Below are positions 25,101 to 37,531 of a stretch of DNA of 64,000 bases, piece after piece (position 1 is the first letter of the stretch; each line of letters opens with the position of its first letter). A model generated the notes under the pieces. It was not told the DNA's origin. It did no database searches and saw only the letters and a program-made list of their open reading frames with translations. The stretch covers positions 761,633 to 825,632 of the forward strand of contig NMRA01000099.1 in assembly GCA_002633005.1 (NCBI GenBank), given 5' to 3'. The DNA is from Phoronis australis (taxonomy: Eukaryota; Animalia; Phoronida). Made by a program: the position numbers and the translations under genes.

Positions 25101-28100
25101 TTGGAGATATTCTTAACGTCTTGCACTGGGGAACTCTAAATTCGCTAGGTGTTCCTAGAGAAGCAAGGGTTCTTTGTGTTGTAATGCCTGAGTTCAAGTA
25201 ATGATGTGGGGCCATGTCAGACGTGCACCCCATGCCCACGAACTGCTTTCTAGTCTCAAGCTATTCAGATGATGAAAGGAGGGACCTTTATTAGCGCCAG
25301 CTAGCAAATATGGAGTTGCCAAATCACTAACATATGATCTGACAATGCCAGACTCCAGTGCAATATTCTCAAAAGCATGTAAATCACTGAGGAGTTCATT
25401 GAGTGATTGGTGAAGAATATTTCCTTAAAACTTTTATGGTTTTCGTAGATGTGAGTACTTATGTAACGACCTAGTAACCATAGCAATGAAATATGCACTA
25501 CCACTGCTGTAGCTATTTTTATTACTAAGTGTAAATGATGTTGAGTTAGACTTGGTTCTTTGGTCATTATATATGTGGTGGGTTATGAAACAAAAAAAAC
25601 GGCTTTTTATTAAGTATGTTTGTTGATTAATTATGCCAGACTGTAGTCGCAGGCAGGCTAATTACTCTAATGAATTCATTGCTTCTACAAAATTAAGGAA
25701 ACATAACATTCTGGTAGTTATGATTGACATGTGTGTAAAGCCAGATGGACTGTTATGTAATGTGATTTCTTGGCTGGGTGGGTAATTAATTATAGGGGTG
25801 CATTTAACTCAGTAATTATCCCCTGAAGATGTCAGTTAATGGATGTCACAGTCTCTGAAGGTGTTGTCAGCAGCTGTGTAAAATGACCTGCTAGAATTTG
25901 GTAGACTAGTTATTATTAGTAGTAGTAGTATTTTTATTGTTATTAGCAGTAGCAGTAGCTATTGTTTTAGTAATTACAAGGCCCTTGTTTACTTGATAAT
26001 AAAGGTACCTGTGACTTCCTTTGTCACCAATTAGAGGGATTGTGCGAGTTAAAAGTGATTCTAAATTTGATGCGATTTTTAATCGTTGGAAGGAAATTTT
26101 GGGTTTGATGAGAAGAATTTAAAAAAAAATCAACGAAGTTGAGGCATTGGATGCCCTGATTTCTGTAAATGACCAGGTGACCACCTCAGTCAAGCCACCG
26201 ATTTTCAAGTGGACCTTAATTTAAAATCCAAAGGAGATATTAAATCAACAAGTGTGTTAAATTGAATAAAAATTGTATACTATTACATAAATATAAGTTA
26301 AAAGAAGGTGCTAATTATTTATGGACCTTGCAACGTTTACAAAGTGAAGCTAGGAAGGCCCGAGCTAAGGACTATTATCAGATTGATGTCAGAACTCCCA
26401 GTACCTCTTTGAAGACTGGGATATTTGGCGAGTTCATGACAGCAGTCCATGGCCCATTGTAAGCGAAACAATTTGCATAGACAAATGTTTCCTTGCCACA
26501 GTTGGTCAGCACAGCACAGCATATGACACTATCGCTTGTACCTAATTGTGGAAATTACTTACTGGTTTTGAATTTTTATCAAGATAACTTTGTACGATGT
26601 TATGTTTTAGAATTATAGGCCGTTGTGTTTCCAAATGTTAGGTCAGCTGACAGAAAAAAATTGTGGCATTGGTTTTATGAAAACATGACTGTCAACGGAC
26701 AATTTTTAGCATGTGGCCAAGTAAATTGTACTGCCAAGTAGGGATGAACTTAACTGCTGGAGTAGAGGATCAGAGAACATAAAGAAGGAAACTTTTTTTG
26801 ACAGGTATGTCTGAACTTGTTGGGATTTATGGTTTTCTTAATGTTTTCGCTCAAAAGTTATCGTCAAGTCCCAGTGATAATGATAATTATTCACCTCCCA
26901 GGAATAATGATAATTATTCAGCTCCCAGTGATAATGATAATTATTCAGCTCCCAGTGATAATGATAATTATCTAGCTCCCAGTGATAATTATAATTATCC
27001 CCAAAATACACAAGGTAACCAACATGCTCATCCCATAATAAACTTACTCAGTCATCGTCACACCCAGATATTTGGATTTGTCACTGCATTAGCCAGCTGT
27101 CTTGCTCTTCACAGTCATTTGCTTATTATGTAACGGCTTGTTGAATAAAACTGCCAATTTTACAGATTTAAAACTTTTGGTTAGATTTTAATTATAACCA
27201 GGTTTGTAGTATTGCAGGACTTGGTCATTACGTTTTCAAACTCTCGTTATATGCAGACTCAATATTGAAACCTGTCTGTAATGATGGCAGTGAAATTGCC
27301 ATTCTGACATCCCTGAATGAACTCTTGGTCTTATAATAGGCAGCGACCAGTAATATAAGTACCACTCTTAGTGTAATGTTTGGCTAATATGAAATGTCAG
27401 AGCAAGCACTTATTTGAATACTCATAAATACTTATTTGAAGTCTGCACCCTGCTATGACATTGAATGCTGTGTATATTTAAAGGTGCATTTCCTATGCCT
27501 TTCAGTCTTATAAAGTTTTTGATATAGACTGATTACATGTAAAATTGAATTAGTTTCCTCTTATTACATAACTTGATGGTTTCCTAAACATCAAAAGGAC
27601 TTGTGAGATGGTTTGCAGTGAACTTAAAACAGTCCAATTGTTGAAAGATCGACTAATTCTGTCATGCTGGGCTGTTTCTGATTACACAGCTGACACTCAA
27701 ACCTTACAGAATTTACCTACAATGCTGCAATATCCAATTCCATCAAGCACTCAATATATGTAACTTCACAGTTTTCGTTCATGCGCTCTTTGTTGGCCGT
27801 ATTCTTTACAAGTTTTTCTCAGCTGCATTACTCTATTTGTCCTTCCAATGCTAACAAAATATTACTTCTGTTCTGTGGGCTGAAACTCTGATAGGAGAAA
27901 GGTGGATAAACTTGACAAATATCTGGGGATGGGTAATGCGAAGTTTGTCGCCTTCGCGACATCAATCAAAAAATGTGGAGAGAGTGGATAAAGCAAGTTT
28001 GTCGGCTTATTTTGAATGAAACAGAACCCCTGTAAAGACACTTTTCAATTCCTGCACTTTTAAAGGGTTGAAATTGGGAATATATCCAGTCATACGCCTC

Positions 28101-31100
28101 GATGGTTTTGGACATCATGACCTGTGGAAATGTGCCTGACATAGGTCAGTGAAAACAACACGGTTTCTTACTTCTTGAACAGAGTTCTATCGCTGTGTAA
28201 ACTGGGACGGCCCTAGTGATTCTCTTTCTACTCAATGAGAGGATAGAAACCTTTTCTGTCACAAGATAACTGAAATGATGGAGACATTTTTGTGCGGTTT
28301 AGTTTCATATGACCCTTAATTTACGTGTGCTTGGTGGTCATTGAGCAGAAAGTATCCTGTAAGTTCAGGTTGTATTTTGTGCGAAGCAAATATTTTGAAG
28401 TGTGGTTATTGGGCAACTCTTTAACAGGGCTAACTATCTTTTGGAAAATTTTAGCTATTTTGGATAAAATGGCCTGAGATTATTGAGTCAAAGACGGACT
28501 GCCTTTGATGTCAAATGTTCAGATTTTCTCATACTACTGAGTTCTTCACCTATTCTGCACACATTGGGCAGATAAATGGTTTTGTGTCCAAAATTTTCAC
28601 AAAAACCATGATTGAGACAATGTTAAAGACTATTACTAGCTTGGATTGTGATGTGTGGATGTCTTATAAAAACATCTGGTAAAGTTTCCAATATTTGCAG
28701 CACAGTTCAATCAACCTTTAAAGATGGAAAAATAACACTTTCAACAATGATTTTTGTGCAAAGTAAGTTAAAAATTATAGTATTGTTTCATGACGGTGTA
28801 CAGTACAAGCTACACTGATGATAGAGTAAAATTTATTAATATTTTTGTATTTTATTCAGGAATTTTGCAAACTAGAATTCCACTAATGTCCACCATCTTG
28901 TTTCTGACGACAGTGACGATACGACGACGACGATAATGACAATGCTGATGACAGTTATGTGATGATGATGACAATGATGATGTTGACAATGCTGATGATG
29001 ATGTCAGTGATGATTGATGATATTTGATTAATTGATTGATTTCTCATCTGTACTTTTCCTTTGCCTTGCAGTGTCCACCATGCAAAAAGTTCACCCCCGA
29101 GCTGATCAAGTGCTATAACAAGCTGATTAAGGATGGCAAGTCGTTTGAGATGATATTCGTCAGCTCAGACCGTGCTGAAGATTCCTTTAAGGAATACTAC
29201 AGAACTATGCCGTGGCTGGCTGTGCCGTTTAAAGATGCTAGGTGTGCCGAGCTAAGCCAGGCATACGATGTTGCAGGTATTGCAGCTTTAAAGGCCTGGG
29301 AAGACGGGGGTGGGCTTACGGGAAGATCTGAACAATTTTGAACAGAAATGATTGTCTAAAGTGACATTTTTTCATTTATCAAGGGCTTCTAAAACTGACA
29401 TTTTATTCAAAGCATTGTGTGGCGGTAGCTGCAGAGCACAACTTGAAAATGTTGAAGCTCCATTTTGGTGCTACTTATCTTTCATTTAAAAAAATTGCAA
29501 AATAGAATTTCACCATGCTATGAACATTCCCACTAAATAAAATTGGTTCTAACCCCAGTGTTTAAGGTAAACGGCGGGGTATGGAAAATTGAACTAGACC
29601 GTATTTATCCACCTTGGCTGAGACGCGCTCGGCTCATGCTCAAAGGGATGCCGCCAAGCTGCTCTATTCATCGAGTCACGAGCGAGGATAATTGACTTCG
29701 CTCATGCGGATATGATCAGCTGATTACAGTCTAGCCTAACAACTGTACTTTTTATGGAGAGAATTTTACGTAGTTTTTACTGTAATATTTGAAAAGAGGA
29801 GCGAAAACAAATACGANNNNNNNNNNNNNNNNNNNNNNNNNNNNNNNNNNNNNNNNNNNNNNNNNNNNNNNNNNNNNNNNNNNNNNNNNNNNNNNNNNNN
29901 NNNNNNNNNNNNNNNNNNNNNNNNNNNNNNNNNNNNNNNNNNNNNNNNNNNNNNNNNNNNNNNNNNNNNNNNNNNNNNNNNNNNNNNNNNNNNNNNNNNN
30001 NNNNNNNNNNNNNNNNNNNNNNNNNNNNNNNNNNNNNNNNNNNNNNNNNNNNNNNNNNNNNNNNNNNNNNNNNNNNNNNNNNNNNNNNNNNNNNNNNNNN
30101 NNNNNNNNNNNNNNNNNNNNNNNNNNNNNNNNNNNGCGTTTGTTTGAGCCAATACAGTATACAGCTTTCCACCAAGGCTAGGTGATGCAAGACATTATTA
30201 TTTGTTCTTTGTTGCATTATAGTAACTGGTCTTGGCTAATTATCATTTTATGGCCTGGTCATCCATTCAGCCCAAAGCAGTTCCAGAGGTGGCTTATCAG
30301 CCAATTATTCACGCATGCTGACTCACAATAGAAGCCTGATAAGAGTGAAGGTGGATAAATGCGGTGTTCCTACAGTTTCTTGTTTTAGTGGATGTGTTCA
30401 CGACATACTGTGTACTGAATTGGTGAGATTTTACTGTATTTGCACAGGTGCTATGGCAACCGGGACCTCACAGTGGAATACAAGGCAAAAAGCATAGTTG
30501 GTTCTGGCCTGCACTCAGATTCATTTTAAATCCTTCGACTCGTTACGTAATGAAAAAATAGTGCTTGCCTGTATCAATTTCAGCCAGGGCTCAACCTTTA
30601 TTTTCAAAAGCCACAAGGATACAAGCAATCCTTCAAACATTGTGCTTGCCAAGATGGCCACAATCAGCTGCTGACTGAGTAACAGTAGATTACAAGCACT
30701 GCACTGTCATCAGCAGCACGTCTGCTGATCTCGGGTGTTTTTTTTAATAATGAACAACTAAAAAATATTGCTCGGCCGCATTTTAACTTAAAAGTTTGTA
30801 AACACCCTGAACTCGGGATTCGACTCCTTGACATGAATACTACATTTACAGATTTTACCCCTGGCATGTGACTGTTTCTAAGTACCCTGTTAACACTATT
30901 TTTTGGATTCAAGAAGCATGCATAAGCTTATGTTCTGGAAATAACTGTAGGCTGACTGGTTTTCCCTGGACTCCCAAAAATTTAAATTTTGATATGTATG
31001 CACCCCCAGCGGTTATGTATGCATGTATGTGTATGTTTATGTTGTTGCAGAGATCCATCATTTTTAATCTTGGCATCGGGCATCCACCCCGTTTATTCTA

Positions 31101-34100
31101 AACTGCTTTTTTAAGGATCTTAAGGAAATATGGCAAACACATTTTAGTGATGGAGAGGTCGTGCCCCGACAACATTTGAATGGATCTTACCTTCTTCTAT
31201 ATCCCTAGTGTATGAATTTTTATATTTCCTAAGTCTCTAACTCATTTTTGCAAAACTTGGCAGGTATGTTTATATCACTGAAGGAATGTCACCCAACAAC
31301 TTCTGGCTGTCTCTGGCATGTTGTGCTTCCAAATGGCAGTTTTAGTATTTTGGTGTCCATTTTTTGAAATCCACCTCTGTTTCTGCCAAGCAGTAAGAGG
31401 GATAATCATGACGTTTACCTGTTGACGAGAGCCTGGCTGACGTGGATTTTTGCGTCGATCTGATTACTGTTTTGGGTTCAAATGAACACTCTTGCTCAAA
31501 TTTCAGCCACGCTAGTTAGGATGCTGGGTTAAGCATTTGGATGCCCAAGTGAAACAAGCGCGTAAGCATGTTGTCTCTTTTCACTTGCTAGCAGCAGCTC
31601 TGGCAGCTCATTGGCCTGGTCTGAATAAAAAAATGGTTTGGATATTATGTGCGATACGCAAAACTTCAGTGCAGAACCATGTCTCTGCAGTAATATACCA
31701 CACTTCAATTTGACTTGGGGTCATAAAAATCCTGTCACAGGTTACTAGTCATGAACGCCTTGAAAAATTTGGAAACTCGCTGTGGACGTCCAATTTTTGA
31801 AATCCTGGATGAACCCCAGGCATCTCGGTGCTGATTGTTATGGTATAAATAATTCTCGTAGCATTACAAGTAACCATGTTCTTGGCTACTGTGTCTACGG
31901 TTCTCAAGTCAACCTCCTGTTTTCCACGCAATTATCATTTCTGTCCCAGGCGACTGACAGGTGTCCTTTTGTGGCATTTCAGGTATTCCATGCCTGATCA
32001 TACTGGACCCAGAGGGTAAGATAGTGACGAGTCAGGGGCGCGCTGCTGTTACTACAGACCCAGAGGGAAAGGTAGGTTAACATGCTCTCTACACTGGGGG
32101 AACCCAAGGCATGCTCAGTTGCCCAGGCACTTCCCCCAAAACAGGAAGTGGAAGCTTCTTTAGAGTGAGAATGGTAAACGCTACCTATTGGCAAAATAAA
32201 GTAAAATAATATACTTAACTTCGCTTCTGAAATCTTTGCTCTGAAGCATTCTATTGAATAAGACACCATTGAATAAGATGCTAAAATTATTTGATTTCCC
32301 ATTACTTTGTTACTAGGTAATTCTTGGTAAAAAACGACAGTGTGAACCTCAGTCTATGGCTTTTGTACTTGCAAGTATTTCTACATGCGTACTCTTTCAT
32401 GCCGTCTATAAATTTGTCTGAACTTGATTTTTAGTCTCAGTTTGTACTCTTACAATCCTCCAGGATGTTATTTTCAAAGACTATCAGTATCTGTTGTTGA
32501 TAAACAATGGACCAATGAAGACTAGTATCCTGCTACTATTAGTTTCGCTTCAATTAATTTGTAGGTGATTACCCGCTAAAATTTTGTTAACAAACATGCG
32601 ACGAGCGGGACATTTGACTAAAAATAGAAATTCTGACATAAAGCTAAACTCTTATATATGGTACCACGGTTACCGCCACGCCACTTTAAGGCACAGTATG
32701 GCAGACGACAGAAATTTCAATTTCACATTTTTCCATGAAAGATACATAGCAGCAAAATAATGCTTGCCGTATTCAAGTTTGTAACCATATTGCATTAAGC
32801 TACAAACACACAATTTGTGGACATTCACAACAATTTTAGACAAAACATTGAAAATTAAAAAAGAGCAATTTCGGCAATTATATTTTTGTCTGAAATTGGT
32901 AATATTATTCAGTAATAACCCTCTTTGGAGCATTGATAACTGCTGTCAATCCATGGTGTGTGTGTGTGGAAAGGATAGAGTTATAGTTGTTCAGTCATGT
33001 TATGATTGGCATATAAAATGAAGTGTGTGTCCTAAATACAAGAGCAAATTTATCATGATCTTCAAGCACCAGTTCACCATCTCAGCACCGCGTGATCACA
33101 GAATGTGAGTACTGAATGATATAGATGTATCTTTCTTTGATATGTTTGGCCTCGTCTTGATCTTGTGGCAAAACTGAAAACATGGCGAGTGAATGTATCC
33201 AGGATCCTCTTGGTGCTGAGCACTCAGAAGACGTTATATGCTGCAAAGGAACTTGTATTTCGAGGAAAATGTTTTTAAATGTCTCTTCTCCACAATCTGT
33301 AGGGGGCGCTGTTGCAACTTCAAGATGCAGACCGAGGAAAATATGTTAGCTGCACGTTTCTGACAATTTGTCCTATGGCAGAAGCCTGATTTAGACCATG
33401 GGTAATGGTTTTACTCCAGTTGTTGCATTCCTCTTTGTAGGAGTTTCCATGGGTGCCCAAGCTACTCAATGAACTGACCGATGTTACAGCGGCAACCCTG
33501 AATGATGACATTTGCCTTTTGCTGTTGACAGGTGAGTCATCTTTTCAGGGCTTGGAATTTTCCGCGGAAACGCGGATTTCCGCTTTTTTCAAATGTGGTT
33601 TCCGCTTTTTTTATAATATTTCCGCGTAAAAAAATCGGATTTGATATAAAATTTCCGCGGCAAGTTCCTTTCTTACCGCGGCGTTGCAGACGACGTTCAC
33701 CTCGAAAAGCAGAAGTTGCTCTTTATGTTTCGGAGGAACGTAAATTGTCAACATTGCTGGGGCATCTGGGACAGCGTGGTGGGATTTGCAATAGCGTCTC
33801 GTGTTATTGTTAAGCGCGGCGACAAATACTACCGCTCTGCCGCCAAAAATGTGTGGGTTGGGAGTGGACGGGCGAGCTAAAAGGACGCAGACGCATGCTA
33901 CTGATGGTGGTAACGTTTTTTTTTTTTTTTTTTNNNNNNNNNNNNNNNNNNNNNNNNNNNNNNNNNNNNNNNNNNNNNNNNNNNNNNNNNNNNNNNNNNN
34001 NNNNNNNNNNNNNNNNNNNNNNNNNNNNNNNNNNNNNNNNNNNNNNNNNNNNNNNNNNNNNNNNNNNNNNNNNNNNNNNNNNNNNNNNNNNNNNNNNNNN

Positions 34101-37100
34101 NNNNNNNNNNNNNNNNNNNNNNNNNNNNNNNNNNNNNNNNNNNNNNNNNNNNNNNNNNNNNNNNNNNNNNNNNNNNNNNNNNNNNNNNNNNNNNNNNNNN
34201 NNNNNNNNNNNNNNNNNNNNNNNNNNNNNNNNNNNNNNNNNNNNNNNNNNNNNNNNNNNNNNNNNNNNNNNNNNNNNNNNNNNNNNNNNNNNNNNNNNNN
34301 NNNNNNNNNNNNNNNNNNNNNNNNNNNNNNNNNNNNNNNNNNNNNNNNNNNNNNNNNNNNNNNNNNNNNNNNNNNNNNNNNNNNNNNNNNNNNNNNNNNN
34401 NNNNNNNNNNNNNNNNNNNNNNNNNNNNNNNNNNNNNNNNNNNNNNNNNNNNNNNNNNNNNNNNNNNNNNNNNNNNNNNNNNNNNNNNNNNNNNNNNNNN
34501 NNNNNNNNNNNNNNNNNNNNNNNNNNNNNNNNNNNNNNNNNNNNNNNNNNNNNNNNNNNNNNNNNNNNNNNNNNNNNNNNNNNNNNNNNNNNNNNNNNNN
34601 NNNNNNNNNNNNNNNNNNNNNNNNNNNNNNNNNNNNNNNNNNNNNNNNNNNNNNNNNNNNNNNNNNNNNNNNNNNNNNNNNNNNNNNNNNNNNNNNNNNN
34701 NNNNNNNNNNNNNNNNNNNNNNNNNNNNNNNNNNNNNNNNNNNNNNNNNNNNNNNNNNNNNNNNNNNNNNNNNNNNNNNNNNNNNNNNNNNNNNNNNNNN
34801 NNNNNNNNNNNNNNNNNNNNNNNNNNNNNNNNNNNNNNNNNNNNNNNNNNNNNNNNNNNNNNNNNNNNNNNCCCACTCTTGAACAAACAGACAGATGTAT
34901 GTGTGAGGGTGGGGTCTAGAGCTCGACCATCCCACTCTTGAACAGGTAGATGTGTGTGTGTGTGTGTTTGTGAGGGTGGGGTGTAGAGGTTGACCAGCCC
35001 ACTCTTGGACAATCAGTCAGATGTATGTGTTAGGGTGGGGTCTAGATATTAACCAGCCCACTCTTGCACGAACAAGCAAATGTGTGTGTGTGAGGGTGGA
35101 GTATAGAGCTTGACCTGCCCTCTTTTGGTCAATCAGGCAGATGTATGTGTGAGGGTGAGGTCTAGATATTGACCAGCCCAGTCTTGAACAAACAGGCAGG
35201 TGTATATGTGAATATAAACATGTAAAAAGGACGTACCATGAACACAAGCATCTCAAAAATCCTGGACTTAGAAATGAATATTTTAAATAATTTTAAAACA
35301 TCAAGTAATGCTTTAGGGGAAAATGGGAAAGGTTGAAATTCTACTGCTAGATTCTTGTTGACAAAAGTCTTAACGGGATTCATTTTCCAAAGTTGTCACC
35401 ATCTTGTGATCTTAGGTAACCTATGAGAAGAACCTGAGCAATCTGGATGGTGACGGCCCTTTCTTCATATTAACACTTGTGAATATTTTCAAAAGCAGTC
35501 CTGACGACATTTCAAAAATATCAATGGGACATGTTAAACAGAAGATCAAAATTACTGTTTCAGTGAGGGTACTTCTAAAAGCAACATGTTTAAATACACC
35601 TTCTTGATATTTGTGGTGGTTTCAAACCAGAATTTCAGTTATTATTGGATATTGTTATACAGTCTGCTAAACTCATGAGAGAGTTCATCAGATAGTAAGA
35701 TGGTTATCTTCAAATACTATGTGTGCTTCTTCTTAAATTATCATGATGTCATGAATGTTCCCTTTTTCCTCATCAGATGGCACTGCTGCAGAAATGGCCA
35801 AGGCTCGTGACATGCTGCAAGAAACAGTGGACAAATATGCGTCTAAACTTGACGAAATGGACCTCTGTTTCTTCTATGGCGGTGATGTGAGTATCTTTTA
35901 TCTAAAAAAAATTATGTTAGTGGCCTCTGTGAACAACTTTTTTATTAACAAATTTTGCAGTTGAATTGAGTAGTGATTATCTTTCAGTTGATAGTCTCAC
36001 GAGAGATGACACAACCTTAACAAGATGAATATGATCTTTCTAGATACAGTGGAACCACATTACAATCAACATGGTTTACCGTAAATATTTGGGTTAGCAT
36101 CCATGCTCATGTAACCGCTCACCCCTGATTTTTATAATTTTCAATTAAGCACCCACTACCCACTCATAAATCGCTTTATGAAATTGATTTTAAAGTATTT
36201 GAAGGTTTTTTATTTTAAGCAAAACTAATTCTTGAACACGTAACCAACATGAGACATAGGATTTTTGTCTTATGAAATTTGCGCATCGTTCCTGCATGCC
36301 TCATTTAGCCAACACATGCAATGCCTCACAGAGTTTTTTACAAAGAAGTTTTTCAATCATTCTAGTTGCAAAACTTCAACTGTGAGCAAAAAAGGGAGGA
36401 AGTTTGCGCCTAAATGTATCTAAGTTTGTAACTAGGACAAATGATGGACATTCGTATGGTGGATCAAACCTAGAATATTGGCAGATGATTTTTCATTGTA
36501 AATTTTTTCCTATTTCAAGTTCAATACTTAACTACTCGAATAATAGTGTTGGTAAGAGAGCACTGTTTAAACTGTCACGTTGTCGATTAGCCTTGCAGAA
36601 AATTCTTTAGAGGTCTGAGGATTTCAATTTTTAAGGTCTTATTTAATCAGGATGTCATCATATTTATGAAAAAAAGTTTCTGTTAAGGAGTAAAAACGAC
36701 ACCTATTTTTGGACGGATTAGACATTTTTTGTGGTACCTAGCAACCAGTTTTTATTATTTTAGCCTGTTTTAACGTCAGCCTCTCTACCCACCAAACTGC
36801 TCAAAGAGATTTGCAGATATTTTTTATATTGACAAGAACACGACTGATTTTGAATTTCGGTCGGGTCCGACCACTGTGGCACCCACCAGTTTCAACTTAT
36901 TTTTTGTATCCACAGCTTAACTCGTAAACCCTTGAAATTTGGGAAGTGTTTGTTAACTAAGTGACAATGGATTGTTGCTTCTTTTGGACAGATCCCACTA
37001 CTGCTGTGTCTCATATTGGCAATTTTTACTTTAATTTCCTGGATGGATTTTCATGAAATTGTGCAAATGTGTTTCTGTTAGAGAGAAAACAACGCCGTTC

Positions 37101-37531
37101 CATTTTTGGAGGTGTTGTGCACCATCTGGTGGCCATTTTTATGACATATATAAATACAACTAGAAGCATAGGGTTGGTGTGTGCTTTGCAATGTTGTGTG
37201 GTGCTCTGGTTTTCATTAGCACCATCTTATGAATATTGAATCACCCACTGGATGTCGCTATTATATTAAAGTGTGGTGGTAATTGCAGGACGAGATCTGT
37301 GAGAGTCTTCGTGACTTCTTGAAGTTGCCCAACGACAAGTCTCTACTGCTCATCTCAGACATTCAAGATGGCAAGTTGTGTCTGAGCGCCGTCCGCGATG
37401 CCGCCATTACCAAAGATGTGATCGCCAAGTTCGTCGATGATTACGAAACTGGTTCACTGACCTTTTCTGACCTCCCACGCGGGGTTGGGCAGGGGGCCGA
37501 GTCAAATCAACAGTCGTCCTGTAAGACATGA
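3815..37531 (+). CDS. NXN: Nucleoredoxin, whole gene: join(3815..4105,20380..20628,29072..29276,31983..32071,33441..33531,35777..35886,37289..37531), 1278 nt, 425 aa
   Basis: Seven GT-AG exons splice into one open frame (phases 0,0,1,0,1,0). Two tryparedoxin/NRX-type domains (GKYVGLYFSAHWCPPC...FEMxFVSSDR...MPWLA, GIPxL, FPW) plus a PDI-b'-like C-terminal domain. Confidence 0.93.
4790..4925 (+). repeat. Degenerate ~20-21-bp minisatellite (CGGACTCA..AAACA..)
   Basis: ~6 diverged units seen directly. Confidence 0.55.
6374..6446 (-). mobile_element. tRNA-derived SINE head / pseudo-tRNA
   Basis: Minus strand has A box TGGTGTAGTGGT and B box GGTTCGAATCT at tRNA spacing; acceptor and anticodon stems imperfect. 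Confidence 0.6.
6953..7116. mobile_element. ~165-bp palindromic MITE-like element
   Basis: ATAGATTATTACATG...GGAGAATTATC pairs with GATAATTCTCC...CATGTAATAATCTAT. Confidence 0.75.
8718..8990 (-). mobile_element. Penelope-like retroelement relic: C-terminal GIY-YIG endonuclease
   Basis: C..QYIGQT...FRNHR..I...VGNYFNSKNH...IIEK...RLKREQYWIDKLNTIEPHGLN, the characteristic PLE endonuclease end. Confidence 0.85.
15958..17342 (+). mobile_element. Kolobok-like non-autonomous element, copy A (one end missing)
   Basis: TTAA|GGATATCTCAAACCTTATT terminus; 15981..17342 reverse-complementary to 22258..23608. Confidence 0.75.
18635..18787. repeat. Near-perfect hairpin: 54-bp arms, ~45-nt loop
   Basis: 18635..18688 vs 18734..18787, one mismatch seen. 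Confidence 0.85.
19098..19915. mobile_element. Fold-back MITE (Harbinger-like GCATTTACAC-type ends), ~330-bp arms
   Basis: 19098..~19420 reverse-complementary to ~19572..19915. Confidence 0.7.
20380..20628 (+). CDS. NXN: NXN exon 2
   Basis: ttgcag|NRLSKLFKVHGIPSLIFVDG...FPWPPKP...KYVGLYFSAHW|gtaagt; 249 nt, phase 0-0. Confidence 0.95.
21506..21940 (+). mobile_element. Related Harbinger-like MITE copy
   Basis: 21620..21925 is directly similar to 19572..19915 (GGCCATTTTTG...GTGTCAACTACATG...AAGGTGGAA). Confidence 0.65.
22236..25112 (-). mobile_element. Kolobok-like non-autonomous element, copy B (complete, interrupted by HINE)
   Basis: TTAA at 22232..22235 and 25113..25116; TIRs GGTTTTCTCAAACCTTATT / GAATATCTCCAACCTTATT. 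Confidence 0.78.
23610..25090 (+). mobile_element. Helentron-associated non-autonomous element (HINE/DINE-1/pearl-like) with ~150-bp core repeats in ~450-bp trimers
   Basis: T-run + subTIR ATGAGCCCAC with local IR, (CGTC)n microsatellite, tandem cores, 3' subTIR GTGGGCGCAT, hairpin CAACGCTCTGCGTTG, end CTTGTT at a TT site. Confidence 0.8.
26870..26998 (+). repeat. 27-bp minisatellite, ~4.8 copies (CCCAGTGATAATGATAATTATTCAGCT)
   Basis: Directly visible tandem units. Confidence 0.9.
28905..29035 (+). repeat. Degenerate (GAT/GAC)n microsatellite upstream of NXN exon 3
   Basis: GACGACGACGATAATGAC...GATGATGATGAC. Confidence 0.8.
29072..29276 (+). CDS. NXN: NXN exon 3 (completes second W|CPPC)
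   Basis: ccttgcag|CPPCKKFTPELIKCY...FEMIFVSSDR...MPWLAVPF...YDVA G|gtattg. Confidence 0.95.
31983..32071 (+). CDS. NXN: NXN exon 4
   Basis: tttcag|(G)IPCLIILDPEGKIVTSQGRAAVTTDPEGK|gtaggt; translated by hand, not in ORF track. Confidence 0.92.
33441..33531 (+). CDS. NXN: NXN exon 5
   Basis: ctttgtag|EFPWVPKLLNELTDVTAATLNDDICLLLLT G|gtgagt. Confidence 0.92.
33546..33933 (+). mobile_element. Probable hAT-like transposon end running into gap
   Basis: CAGGGCTT start 15 nt after the exon 5 donor, followed by repeated TTTCCGC(GG) subterminal motifs; other end not seen. Confidence 0.4.
34872..35205 (+). repeat. ~60-bp minisatellite (CCCACTCTTG...GTGTGAGGGTGGGGTCTAGA...GACCAG), >=5 copies, abutting gap
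   Basis: Directly visible tandem units. Confidence 0.85.
35777..35886 (+). CDS. NXN: NXN exon 6
   Basis: catcag|(D)GTAAEMAKARDMLQETVDKYASKLDEMDLCFFYGGD|gtgagt; phases match neighbours. Confidence 0.87.
36690..37190 (+). mobile_element. Degenerate HINE core-repeat fragment
   Basis: Similar to cores at 23760..24700 (GGATTTTCATGAAATT, GTGGCCATTTTT); a weaker relic lies at ~31060..31400. Confidence 0.55.
37289..37531 (+). CDS. NXN: NXN exon 7 (terminal)
   Basis: ttgcag|DEICESLRDFLKLP...LLLISDI...IAKFVDDY...SSCKT-TGA; SLRDF motif typical of NXN C-domain. Confidence 0.9.
   Translation, partial: DEICESLRDFLKLPNDKSLLLISDIQDGKLCLSAVRDAAITKDVIAKFVDDYETGSLTFSDLPRGVGQGAESNQQSSCKT

Noticed and set aside
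26798-27133. ORF with SDNDNYSAP repeats; spaced-repeat look
   Set aside because: Translation of a 27-bp minisatellite; no unique spacers, so not CRISPR, and no splice support
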